A DNA stretch of 64,000 nucleotides from Acidobacteriota bacterium (GTDB lineage: Bacteria; Acidobacteriota; Vicinamibacteria; Vicinamibacterales; UBA2999): contig JAUSDY010000030.1 of NCBI GenBank assembly GCA_030650395.1, positions 5,108 to 69,107 on the forward strand, read 5' to 3'. The notes under the pieces were generated by a model. The model was not told the DNA's origin. It worked only from the letters and a program-made list of their open reading frames with translations, and searched no databases. The translations under genes and the position numbers were made by a program. This document shows, piece after piece, positions 26,346 to 35,484 of the stretch (position 1 is its first letter; each line of letters opens with the position of its first letter).

Positions 26346-26960
26346 GTCCGGCGTGATGAGCTCGCTGTCCTCCGTGCGCCGGTCGACCTCGCGTCCCAGC
26401 GCCTGTTCGGGGCTCATGTAGTTGACAGTCCCCAGAATCAGGCCGGGAACGGTGTCGACCCGCGTCTGGGTGTCTTTGGCGGCCTCCCTGTCGTCCAGCT
26501 TCGCGAGGCCGAAGTCGAGGACCTTGACGCGGCCCCGCCCGGTCATCAGGATATTGGCCGGTTTGAGATCGCGATGCACGATCCCGCGGGCATGCGCTTC
26601 TTCGAGCGCGTCAAACGTTTGAATGGCGATCTCGATCACGTCGGCCGGCGCTGACGGTCCGCGCTGCACGCGCGCGCTCAGCGCTTCGCCTTCGACGTAT
26701 TCCATCGCGATGAAATGGACGCCGTCGGCCTCGCCGGCCTCGAATATCTGCGCGATGTTCGGGTGGCTGATGGCAGACGCGAGCCTGGCTTCCTGCGCGA
26801 AGCGCGGTGCGCGATCGGAATCGGGTCCACCCGACGGCGTCAGGATCTTCAGCGCGACGCGCCGGCCGAGCGTCGTGTCCTCGGCGAGGAAGACTTCGCC
26901 CATACCGCCGGCACCGAGCCGAGATTCGATTCGATACCGCCCAATCTGACTCGGTGTCAT
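26319..26960 (-). pseudogene. Hanks-type Ser/Thr kinase truncated before subdomain IX
   Basis: [29 protein letters not shown], then unrelated sequence from about 26370. Confidence 0.85.
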
Positions 26961-26982
26961 GCCGCTCGGGGAAGGCGGTCGA

Positions 26983-27309
26983 TCACCTCGCGGCCAGCAG
27001 CCCGCGGGAGGCCGCCAGTTGCAGATCGCGGTTGACCTGCGCCAGATGCCGCAGCGTGTGGCCACTCGCCCACTCGCTCATCTGATACACCGACACGACG
27101 TTCCATGGCAACTGCACGCACAAGGCGGCGCGCTTTTCGTCGAGTGACGCGATTGCCGGCTTCAGCCGTGCCGCCGACTCCCGTAACTGCGCCGCGGCCG
27201 CCGCGCGCCCAATTCCGGGAGGGGGAATGAGGATGCCCGGCGCCACGACCCCGCTGGGTGGGGCGTACATCGACCATCTCTCATCCGGGAAGTCGGACGT
27301 GCCTGCCAT
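26983..27309 (-). CDS. DinB-like protein or fragment
   Basis: C-terminal W..GH..RH..Q motif; 5' end uncertain. Confidence 0.4.
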   Translation of the reverse strand: MAGTSDFPDERWSMYAPPSGVVAPGILIPPPGIGRAAAAAQLRESAARLKPAIASLDEKRAALCVQLPWNVVSVYQMSEWASGHTLRHLAQVNRDLQLAASRGLLAAR

Positions 27310-27634
27310 GGCGGCGATGGGTCCGCCCCCCAGCAGGACGCCGACGAAGCCCTCCTGCCTCTCTTCGGAAGAGTATACCGGCGAAGTCTGGGTCGAACTG
27401 GTTTCGCAGTACCTACGGCTGAGTGTGACATCTGACTCTCACTTTCGGTTCAACGCCGAGCGGCTGACGAGACTCCGCAACCTGTTCTGTATTGAACAGC
27501 AGTTGGGCGACCGTCTTCCCCAGTCCTTCATCTGGGTGCAGGGTTCGGACGAGTACGAGGAGTAATTCTCGACTGTGCCATTGGGTACATCTTTGGCCTG
27601 CCGACGCTCGTAGGCTGGGATCTCTGGTGTAGCT

Positions 27635-27940
27635 ATGAACAAATCTGTCGTCCGAACGCCACGCACGTCGGAAGCCGCCAAGGATGAGGCCGAGCAGCTG
27701 CGGCGGCTCGCCGAGACTGCACGTCAGGAGCGGGAACACCTGCGTGAGACCGCCGAGGCGGCGCGCGCCGCGACCGAAGAGGCACGTAGGGCCGCTGAAG
27801 ACGCGCGTCAAGCCGTCGCCGAAGCAGTTCGCGCCACTACCGACAGCCTCGACGCGACGCTCGAACAGATGAAAAGCGTCGAAGAGATGCGGCGCACGCT
27901 GCGTGAGTTCAGGGATCTCAAGCTGCGCGGCCCGAACTGA
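27635..27940 (+). CDS. small coiled-coil hypothetical protein
   Basis: A/E/R-rich heptads. Confidence 0.55.
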   Translation: MNKSVVRTPRTSEAAKDEAEQLRRLAETARQEREHLRETAEAARAATEEARRAAEDARQAVAEAVRATTDSLDATLEQMKSVEEMRRTLREFRDLKLRGPN

Positions 27941-27949
27941 TTTCTCGAT

Positions 27950-27996
27950 CGACAAACCTAAAGGTTTGTCGCCACGCTAAAGGTTTGTCGCCACGC
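27950..27996. repeat. GTGG-variant REP with a partial tandem duplication
   Basis: CGACAAAC-CTAAAG-GTTTGTCG-CCAC followed by a repeat of CTAAAGGTTTGTCGCCACG. Confidence 0.8.
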
Positions 27997-28051
27997 CGTT
28001 CTTCCTCACCCGACCAGCGCGGCCGGTCGATGTCGGCGTGCGTTCGGCCAC

Positions 28052-30097
28052 TCAGGGAAGACCGTAGGCGACCAACTCGCCCGAATACGCACCGCCGCTG
28101 ATGGCGACCACCAGGAACTGTTTGCCGTTCACCATGTAGGTCATGGGCGAGCCAGATTGTGGCGCCGGCATGAAGACCGCGCCGACTTCCGTGCCGGTCA
28201 CCTTGTCGAACGCACGCAGCATGGCCCCGCGCTGGCCGGAAGGCGTCGGTCCATAGTTTTTTTCCCCGGCCACGACCAGCGTCCTGGTCACCAGGGTTCC
28301 CGAATTGTTGCCCGGGCGGCCCAGGGGCGGAAGGTTCAGCCCTTTGAGGGCCGGGTGATTGCGTATGGTCTCGGGAGTGGCGCCAAACGGCACCTGCCAT
28401 CGGAACTCGCCCTTGTCGAGATCGATCGCCGTGAGGCGACTATACGGCGGCTTCACAAGCGGCAGGCCCTGGATGTTCAGGCCCCCACCCCCGCCACCTT
28501 CCGGCGCGGGCTCCGCTGGCGGCGCTGCGGAGGCCGCACCGGAGCCGGAACCGCCCGTGCGTCGAGCGCCCGACAGCACTGTGCCTTGAAAATACGGTAC
28601 GTCCGACGCCCCGGGTGGTGGCGGAACCAGGCCGAGCGTCGCAATCGCGGTCTGCGACGCGACGAAGACTGTGTGCGTTTCGGGATCGTACGATCCGCCG
28701 GGCCAGTTCGAGGCGGCCGCCTGGGCGCCCATCGTCAGCGTGGCAATCGGTCCCTCCGCCCTGCTGACCGACGGCGGCGTGAAGACAGGTCCGATTCGGT
28801 AGCGTGACACCAGCTTCACCGCCTCAGCGCGCAACTGCGGTGTGAAGTCGATCAAGTCGTCGACCGCCAGCCCCGTCCCATCGTACGCCGGGGGCCTGAT
28901 GGGAATCGGCTGTGTCGGCGCGTACCACTCACCCGGCGTGTCGCCCTTGGGTACCGGCCGTTCCTCGATGGGCCAAATCGGCTCGCCGGTTTCCCGATTG
29001 AGGACGTACAGAAATGCCTGCTTGGTCGGCTGGGCAAGCGCCTTGACAGTCCGGCCGTTGACGGTGATGTCGGCGAGAATCGGGGCGCATGGAATGTCCA
29101 TGTCCCAGATGCCGTGGTGCACCAGCTGATAGTGCCAGCGCCGGCGGCCGGTCGCGAGTTCCACAGCGACGATACTCTCGCTGAACAGGTTATGGCCCGG
29201 ACGATCGCCGCCGTAGTAGTCGTGGGTCGGCATTTCCACCGGCAAGTAGGCGAGGCCAAGGGCCTCGTCCGCGGACATCTGCGCCCACACGCCCGTGTTA
29301 CCGGTGTAGACGGCCGATTCGTCTTCCCAGGTGTCGTGGCCAAAATCGCCCCGCGAGGGAATGGTTCGAAACAGCCACAGTCGCTTGCCGGTCCGCACGT
29401 CGAAGCCCCGCACGTAACCCTTGATGTTTTTCTTGCTCTTGGGGTTCGCACCGGTCTCGAACGCCGCTCCCACGATCACCACATTGCGCGCCACCAGCGG
29501 AGTGGCGTGCAGACCGACTGCCGCCGTGATCGGATCGACCACCTGGTCGAAATCCTGTTTCAGATCGACAATCCCGCCGCGACCGAACTCCCGCACCGGC
29601 TGGCCATTTCGGGCGTCCAGCGCGACCAGCTGGTACCCTGGCGTGACATACAGGATGCGCTCCTGTTTGCCGTCGGTCCAGTACGCGAGACCGCGGCCCG
29701 ACAGTTGTCGCGGCGCGGCCTGTCCGCGCGCGCCCTCGTTCTCGCTGTGCACCCAGAGCAGCTCACCGGTCGCCGCAGCGACGGCAAAGACGGCGCGCCT
29801 CGTGCCACCGGTTGAGAACAGTCGACCGTTGACCATCAACGGCGTCGACTGAAAATTGAACTCCCGCTGCGGACCAAGGTTATCGGTCTTGAATCGCCAC
29901 ATCGGCACGAGGCTGGAAAAATTGTCGCGGTGGATTTGATCGAGCGGCGAATAGCGGGTGTTGCCGAGGTCACCTCCGTAGGTCGGCCATTCGCCGTTGC
30001 TGGGGCCCGACTGCCCTCGAACCACGGGCCCGCCGCACACGAGCACGACAACAATCGCCAGGGAGCCCAGTGTCCATACCATCGGCTTTTTTAACAT
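28052..30097 (-). CDS. PQQ-dependent dehydrogenase (glucose/quinate-type beta-propeller), secreted
   Basis: WPTYGGD..NTRYSPLDQI, G.VRGFDV.TG..LW, HHGIWDMD, PMTY..NGKQ. Confidence 0.9.
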   Translation of the reverse strand: MLKKPMVWTLGSLAIVVVLVCGGPVVRGQSGPSNGEWPTYGGDLGNTRYSPLDQIHRDNFSSLVPMWRFKTDNLGPQREFNFQSTPLMVNGRLFSTGGTRRAVFAVAAATGELLWVHSENEGARGQAAPRQLSGRGLAYWTDGKQERILYVTPGYQLVALDARNGQPVREFGRGGIVDLKQDFDQVVDPITAAVGLHATPLVARNVVIVGAAFETGANPKSKKNIKGYVRGFDVRTGKRLWLFRTIPSRGDFGHDTWEDESAVYTGNTGVWAQMSADEALGLAYLPVEMPTHDYYGGDRPGHNLFSESIVAVELATGRRRWHYQLVHHGIWDMDIPCAPILADITVNGRTVKALAQPTKQAFLYVLNRETGEPIWPIEERPVPKGDTPGEWYAPTQPIPIRPPAYDGTGLAVDDLIDFTPQLRAEAVKLVSRYRIGPVFTPPSVSRAEGPIATLTMGAQAAASNWPGGSYDPETHTVFVASQTAIATLGLVPPPPGASDVPYFQGTVLSGARRTGGSGSGAASAAPPAEPAPEGGGGGGLNIQGLPLVKPPYSRLTAIDLDKGEFRWQVPFGATPETIRNHPALKGLNLPPLGRPGNNSGTLVTRTLVVAGEKNYGPTPSGQRGAMLRAFDKVTGTEVGAVFMPAPQSGSPMTYMVNGKQFLVVAISGGAYSGELVAYGLP

Positions 30098-30114
30098 GCT
30101 GGTCCTCTCGGGTG

Positions 30115-31491
30115 TCAATTGACTCGAGCACCGGTCCAGCCGGCTCTCATCCGCGCCCGATCCACTTCCTTTCCTCGAAGATAGACCCGGGCAATGCGTC
30201 GTGTATTGGTGATGTCGTCCAGCGGGTTGGCGTCGAGCACGACAAAGTCTGCGCTCTTGCCCGGAGCGATGGTCCCGAGCGCATCCAGATCGAGAATCTC
30301 CGCGGAGGTTCGCGTGGCGGCAACCAGCGCTTGCGCCGGAGTCATGCCTGCCGCCACCAGGTTCTCCACTTCGGTGTGCATCGTCCAGCCGATGAATTGA
30401 TCGCCCAGCTGCCCGCCGCCGTCGGTTCCGGCGCCGATCCGCACACCAGCGTCGTTCAGTCGGCGAATACCGGCCGCCAACCGTGCCCAGTTGGCTTCCC
30501 CGCGCGTGCGCGCCTCAGGAATCTCGGACGCGAGCCGATCGCGCAGCCGCTTGATTTGCTCCGGGCGGACCGTTTCGGTGATCAGCGGATGCGTCGGGTT
30601 GAGCCAAGGCGCGTAGATCTGGCGCCGCGGCCCGCCGAGCGCCGAGAGCACGGCGGTCTTTGGATGCTGTTTGAATAACTCCACCAGTTCGTCATCGACG
30701 TCGCCGATCATGTGCGCGAAAATATCCACGCCCGCTCGCAGCAGCGCCTTGGCGTCGGCCAGGCCGGTCGCATGCACCGCGACGCGCAGCTTACGTTTGT
30801 GCGCCTCGTCGATGATCGCGGTGTACAGCTCCGGCGGGAGCTTCCGCACACTCCCGCCCCGGTCGTCAACCCAAGTCTTCACGATCTTCACGTTCCGCTC
30901 CGCCAATTCCTGCACGGCTGTCCTGGCATCGGCTTCGGTCCTGATGACGTAGGCGGCGTGCCGCATGTTATCGGGCTTCACCTCGTCTTCGGGGGCCAAA
31001 CCGCGCCCGGCTGTCAGGAAACGCGCGGCGTCTGGGTATTGGCCCGATTGAATCTCGTCTCGCAATCCGTACCACGCGTCTCCGAAATCGGATCCCATGG
31101 CCTGGCTGGCAGCCACGCCAAAATACGCGAAGCGGTACATGTGATCGAGGATGTGCTCCCGTGTGTAGTTCTGCGGGCCGCTGGTCAGGTGCTTCATGTA
31201 GCCGATGTGCGAATGCGCATCGACGAGCCCCGGAATCACCGTGGTGCCTGTGAGGTCGACTCGTGCCGCGCCGGCCGGCACTTCGACCGCGCCCCGGCGT
31301 CCGACGCGGGCAATCTTGTCGTTGTCGACCAGGATGGCCGCGTTCTCGATCGGCGCCGAACCATCGCCCACAATCACGCGGGCGCCTTCGAACACCGTGA
31401 CGTGGCCCGATGGCGGCGTGTCTTGGGCCGGTGGCGACGAACACGCCGACAGGATCAGGTGACCGAGGAGCCCTAGTGTCAGCGGACGCAT
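30115..31491 (-). CDS. amidohydrolase-family lipoprotein
   Basis: Lipobox LSAC, PGLVDAHSH, VAVHA, GTD, G.IAPGK.AD.VVLD.NPL. Confidence 0.9.
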   Translation of the reverse strand: MRPLTLGLLGHLILSACSSPPAQDTPPSGHVTVFEGARVIVGDGSAPIENAAILVDNDKIARVGRRGAVEVPAGAARVDLTGTTVIPGLVDAHSHIGYMKHLTSGPQNYTREHILDHMYRFAYFGVAASQAMGSDFGDAWYGLRDEIQSGQYPDAARFLTAGRGLAPEDEVKPDNMRHAAYVIRTEADARTAVQELAERNVKIVKTWVDDRGGSVRKLPPELYTAIIDEAHKRKLRVAVHATGLADAKALLRAGVDIFAHMIGDVDDELVELFKQHPKTAVLSALGGPRRQIYAPWLNPTHPLITETVRPEQIKRLRDRLASEIPEARTRGEANWARLAAGIRRLNDAGVRIGAGTDGGGQLGDQFIGWTMHTEVENLVAAGMTPAQALVAATRTSAEILDLDALGTIAPGKSADFVVLDANPLDDITNTRRIARVYLRGKEVDRARMRAGWTGARVN

Positions 31492-31529
31492 AGCGTTCCT
31501 CACCCTGGAGGCGCGGTCAGGCGGCAGGC

Positions 31530-32092
31530 TCATTTCTTCAGTAACGCGGTCCAGTTGAGAACCACCGTAATCGATGGAGGCGTCGTGCCTTCGATCGGCG
31601 CCTTCATCAGAAATCGCCGTCCGTCGGCCGCAGGAACGTAGTCCATCCGGTAGGCGTTCATGTTCGTAGAAAGCGCGGTCTTGAACAGAGGGGTCACCGC
31701 TCCGGGCTCGAACGCCGGCTGCGTCCGAACGGCAACGGCCATCAACATTCCGTCCGACCGCAGGTAGAACAGCTCGCGGCCGTCCTTGCTCCATCGTGGC
31801 TGCGAGCCGCCGCCAGTCGATACGGTTGTTTTCTGAGCGATACCCAAATCGGGAAAACTCTGAACGTAGATCTCGTACTTCCCGGACTCGTCCGAGGCGT
31901 ACGCGATCCATCGGCTATCGGGCGACACGGCCCCTTGGACTTCGTTGTATTGAGCACGAGCGATGGAAATCGGTTTCGCGACCTGCGATCGAGCCTCGTG
32001 TCGCGCGCTTTGTAGACCTCGCCCATCCCGCCGGCGCCAAGCGGCGACAGGATTTCATACGGGCCGAGCCGGGCGCCGATGCTGAGCGGCAT
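31530..32092 (-). pseudogene. Ser/Thr kinase with PD40 propeller, large internal deletion
   Basis: Start [36 protein letters not shown] joined near 31983, out of frame, to C-terminal [31 protein letters not shown]. Confidence 0.88.
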
Positions 32093-32160
32093 TTAGAGGG
32101 TTCGCGCATTATACCGGGCGACACGCCCGCCGGGCCGGGGCGGCGGCGCGTACCGGTGCC

Positions 32161-32292
32161 AAGGGGGCGCTCCAGGCGCCCCCCTGGATGCGTGGGTTCG
32201 GGGCGCTCCGGACGCTGACGAAGGAAACCGCACGAATTCAGGCGCGTATCGATCGCGAGTTCGAGGTCGTCGAGCCGCAGGACCGCGAGTGA
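32161..32292 (+). pseudogene. VapB-like antitoxin lacking its N-terminal DNA-binding part
   Basis: PPWMRGFGALRTLTKETARIQARIDREFEVVEPQDRE*, GTGA overlap with vapC; nearest in-frame ATG at 32188. Confidence 0.6.
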
Positions 32293-32669
32293 TCCTCGAC
32301 ACCAATGCCCTTTCGGCCTTCATCGACGGCGACCGGGCGGTCGGCGAACATTTGGCGGCCGGCCACAGGCACCCCGCGATCCCAGTCATCGTGCTGGGTG
32401 AATTCCGGTATGGCGTTGCCGGGTCCCGGCACCGGGCCGCCTACGAAGCGTGGCTCGACGCGCACCTCGCGGACTTCGACGTCCTCTCGGTGACCGAAGC
32501 CACGGCGGTCGTCTACGCCGATCTCCGGGTCGCCCTCAAGAAGGCCGGCCACCCCATGCCCGCGAACGACGCCTGGATTTCCGCGTTGGCCCTCGAGCAT
32601 CGCCTGCCCGTGCTGACGCGCGACGTGCACTTCGACGCGGTGCCGGGCCTTAGACGAGTCGGGTGGTAA
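32289..32669 (+). CDS. vapC: VapC PIN-domain toxin
   Basis: ILDTN, V.GE..YG, P.NDAWI.A.A.EH...LTRD.HF. Confidence 0.92.
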   Translation: MILDTNALSAFIDGDRAVGEHLAAGHRHPAIPVIVLGEFRYGVAGSRHRAAYEAWLDAHLADFDVLSVTEATAVVYADLRVALKKAGHPMPANDAWISALALEHRLPVLTRDVHFDAVPGLRRVGW

Positions 32670-32671
32670 TT

Positions 32672-32697
32672 GGACAAACCTAAAGGTTTGTCCCTAC
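32672..32697 (-). repeat. GTAG REP
   Basis: GGACAAAC-CTAAAG-GTTTGTCC-CTAC. Confidence 0.85.
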
Positions 32698-32704
32698 ATC
32701 AGCT

Positions 32705-33928
32705 CTACGGCGTGCGCGGCCAGACGGTGCCCTGGTGGAGCGAGGTCACGGGCGCCAGGCCCTTGTTGACGAACTTCTGCAGGCGCTTGCCTTCCCAGGT
32801 TTCAGTCGTGTAGAGGTTGCCCTGCGAGTCCACGGCAATGCTGTGCACGCCGTAGAACTGTCCGGGCTGGCGGCCGCCGTCGCCGAAGCTCGTGAGGATC
32901 TGCATGGTGTCGCGCTGCAGGATGTAGATGCGGTCGTTGATGCCGTCGGCGACATACAGGAACCGCTGCTGCGGGTCCTTCGAGAACGCGACGTCCCACA
33001 CCGAGCCGGACGCCTTGGTGTTCTTCGCGATGAACACTTCCTTCACGAACGTGCCATCGGGACGGAAGACCTGGATGCGATCGTTGACGCGATCGCACAC
33101 ATACACGAAGCCGTCGTGGGACAAGTCGGCGCAGTGCACGGGATTGCGGAAGTGCGGAAACGGCGGCGCCGCGGGGTCATACGTCCCGAGCGGGACTGTG
33201 TCGTCCGGCGGCTTGCCGTACGCGCCCCAGAAGCGCTTCATCTTGCCGGTGCCGGCGTCGAGCACGGCCACGCGGCGGTTGAAGTAGCCGTCGGCGATGT
33301 AGGCCTCGTTGGCCTTCGGATCGACGAAGATCTTGGCCACCCGGCCGAAGTTGGCCGGGTCGCTGCTGCCGGGCGTGAACGTCGGTTGTCCCTCCGCATT
33401 CTTGCCGGTCTGCCGCGCGTTCGGCTTGCCGTACTGGGCGACGAACTTGCCATCCTGCGTGAACTTCATGATCTGGGAGTCGCCCGGACCGTTGCCGCCG
33501 ATCCACACCATCCCGGTGTGATCGACGAAAATCCCATGGTTCGACGTCGGCCAGTCGTAGCCCGGCCCGGGCCCGCCCCAGTTGTGGATCAAGTTCCCCT
33601 GACGATCGAAGGCGAGCACGCCGGGCGCGCCGGCGCAGCAGTCTCCGGCCTTCAACTCCAGTGCCTTCTCGTTGGCGGCGAGCGTCGCCGAGCCGCGGTG
33701 CACGATCCACACCTGATCGCGCTCATCGACCCACACGCCGATGGCGTTGCCGAGCAGCCAATGATTCGGTAACGGCTTGGGCCAGAACGGGTCGACCTCG
33801 AACCGCGGCGCCTGGACGCCGCCCCGGGTTTGAGCGACCGCGATCTTCTGGACGGCAAACTGGCCGACCCCGAGTGCGACGAAGAGGACGAGTAACGCGC
33901 CACCGGCTTGAAAACGATTCCATTTCAT
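32705..33928 (-). CDS. secreted NHL-repeat beta-propeller protein
   Basis: FEVDPFWPKPLP, YIADGYFN.RV, YVCDR.N.RIQVF, HSIAVDSQGNLY. Confidence 0.88.
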   Translation of the reverse strand: MKWNRFQAGGALLVLFVALGVGQFAVQKIAVAQTRGGVQAPRFEVDPFWPKPLPNHWLLGNAIGVWVDERDQVWIVHRGSATLAANEKALELKAGDCCAGAPGVLAFDRQGNLIHNWGGPGPGYDWPTSNHGIFVDHTGMVWIGGNGPGDSQIMKFTQDGKFVAQYGKPNARQTGKNAEGQPTFTPGSSDPANFGRVAKIFVDPKANEAYIADGYFNRRVAVLDAGTGKMKRFWGAYGKPPDDTVPLGTYDPAAPPFPHFRNPVHCADLSHDGFVYVCDRVNDRIQVFRPDGTFVKEVFIAKNTKASGSVWDVAFSKDPQQRFLYVADGINDRIYILQRDTMQILTSFGDGGRQPGQFYGVHSIAVDSQGNLYTTETWEGKRLQKFVNKGLAPVTSLHQGTVWPRTP

Positions 33929-33940
33929 AGCGGCCTCCGC

Positions 33941-33970
33941 AAAGAAACAGGGCGGCCGCGAGGGCCACCC
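33941..33970 (-). terminator. putative intrinsic terminator after the BACON gene
   Basis: Minus-strand GGGTGGCC-CTCGC-GGCCGCCC followed by TGTTTCTTT. Confidence 0.45.
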
Positions 33971-34031
33971 CTTTACCCGGGGCCCCAGCGCGGCAGCCGC
34001 GCTGGGGTGGAAGAAACGAACGTGTGAGAGA

Positions 34032-35315
34032 TCAACAGGTAAACAGCTTGATGGTGAGCACCGGCTGGCTGCCCGATCCCGATGTCACCGTGTCCGTGCC
34101 GCTTGGATCGGTCACGGTCACCGTCACATTCAACGCGCTGTCGGCGCCTTCGGCGGTAGAGCCTGCGCCGTTGCACTGTTCGGTGAACGTGAAGTTCGGG
34201 CTCGTGCTGGTCTGCGTTTTCGTGATCGTGGTGGCGCCGTACAGGTACGTCGCGGTCCACGCGAAGGTCGCCGTCGCCGATGTGACATTCGAGGTGGCCG
34301 CAAACACGCATGGCGTGGCGGTCGATCGAATGTGACAGCTCGTGCCCGTCCCGGTTCCCCGGAACGGATCGCTCATCGTGAACGCCGTGGCCAGCGCCGC
34401 GCCGGCCTGGTTGATGTCGAGCAGCGTCGAGCCATTGGTCCAGCGCACGCGAATTTGTCCCGACCGCGCGTTACCCGTGTTTGGAGCCACGGTGTAGGTC
34501 AGCGTCCCCGTATCCGAGCCGGTGCCCCCGCCCGTGATCGAGACGAATGAGGCGAGGACGTCGGAACTATACGTACAGCCGCTCGAGATCTTGGTGACCG
34601 TCACGGTGAAGGTACCGCCGGCGGCCGGCACGGTCTGGCTCGACGGAGAGATGCCGTAAAGACACGGCTGCACAAAGCAGGTCGCCGCGACACCGCCGCC
34701 GTCGATCTGCGAGAACACCTTGTCGACCGACGTAGTGTGGTCGCACGCGTTGACGCGGTAACGGAGATATTCCTGCGTCCAGATCACGCCGCCCTCTCGG
34801 TCGGCGAACAACGGGTTCTGACCGCGCCCCATCGCCCCGTATTTCGATTCGAGCGAGTTTCGGAACTCGAACGAGTCGCCGCGGCCCGGGAACAACACCA
34901 GGCCGTCCGGCGGCGCGCCGCACACCCCGCCGGCCGCGTTGCCGTCGATCTGCGTCATCACGCGCTGCAGGGCGGTGCCGTGGTCGCAGCCGTTGACGCG
35001 GTAGCGGATGTATTCCTGCGTCCAGACCACTTCGCCTTCGATGTCGACCGTCGTCGGCGACCCGCCGCGACGGAGGCCGTCTCGATACTTGCCCTCGAGG
35101 CTGTTGCGGAATGCAAACGAGTCGTTGCGGCCAGGAAACGACACATCCATCGGACCTGACACGCCGCCGGGCGCCACCGATGAGGCACCGAGCAGCGATC
35201 CAGGCGCCGCCGCCGAAGGCGCCGTCGGCGAACCTGCCGAAGACCGTTCGGGGTTGCGGGAACATCCCGCGACCAGGGCGAGCGTGCAAAGTAGCAGCGT
35301 CAGGTAATGTGACAT
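34032..35315 (-). CDS. lipoprotein with two tandem ~80-aa domains, a BACON domain and an Ig-like C-terminus
   Basis: Lipobox VAGC; FPGR.DSF.FRNSLE.KY...WTQEY.RYRVN.CDH twice; YTVAPNTG.ARSG.I. Confidence 0.82.
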   Translation of the reverse strand: MSHYLTLLLCTLALVAGCSRNPERSSAGSPTAPSAAAPGSLLGASSVAPGGVSGPMDVSFPGRNDSFAFRNSLEGKYRDGLRRGGSPTTVDIEGEVVWTQEYIRYRVNGCDHGTALQRVMTQIDGNAAGGVCGAPPDGLVLFPGRGDSFEFRNSLESKYGAMGRGQNPLFADREGGVIWTQEYLRYRVNACDHTTSVDKVFSQIDGGGVAATCFVQPCLYGISPSSQTVPAAGGTFTVTVTKISSGCTYSSDVLASFVSITGGGTGSDTGTLTYTVAPNTGNARSGQIRVRWTNGSTLLDINQAGAALATAFTMSDPFRGTGTGTSCHIRSTATPCVFAATSNVTSATATFAWTATYLYGATTITKTQTSTSPNFTFTEQCNGAGSTAEGADSALNVTVTVTDPSGTDTVTSGSGSQPVLTIKLFTC

Positions 35316-35450
35316 GAGGACTCTCCCGGAAGCCACAGACCGATTAGCAGGCGCGAGCATAAACGGATCGGTCACCAATCATAGTCCCGTCTGGCGATCC
35401 GGGTAGAGGCTTTCACACATCTGCGCAACGCGTCGTCCCACTACGGACCC

Positions 35451-35484
35451 TCGGTTTGTTATTTGTAATTGGTTATTGGTTATT
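35451..35484. repeat. heptamer array TNGT(T/A)AT x4, copy A
   Basis: Near-identical to 58022-58056; contains the TAA of the adjacent gene. Confidence 0.8.

Larger units (their letters stand above)
12874..32670. mobile_element. decayed genomic island downstream of tRNA-Thr (right boundary approximate)
   Basis: Begins at the tRNA 3' end; integrase remnant, several TA modules, many gene fragments, visibly less biased codon usage. No duplicated att found. Confidence 0.65.

Noticed and set aside
27310-27630. ORF pieces between the DinB-like fragment and the coiled-coil gene
   Set aside because: No motif, start or strand could be supported; probably island debris.
12850-32700. Duplicated tRNA 3' end marking the far island boundary
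   Set aside because: I could not find a copy of GATCGCCGGCTCCA by eye, so the right boundary stays approximate.
34700-35140. Internal repeat of the BACON gene as a DGR template/variable pair
   Set aside because: The differences are not adenine-specific, both copies are in one ORF, and there is no reverse transcriptase.
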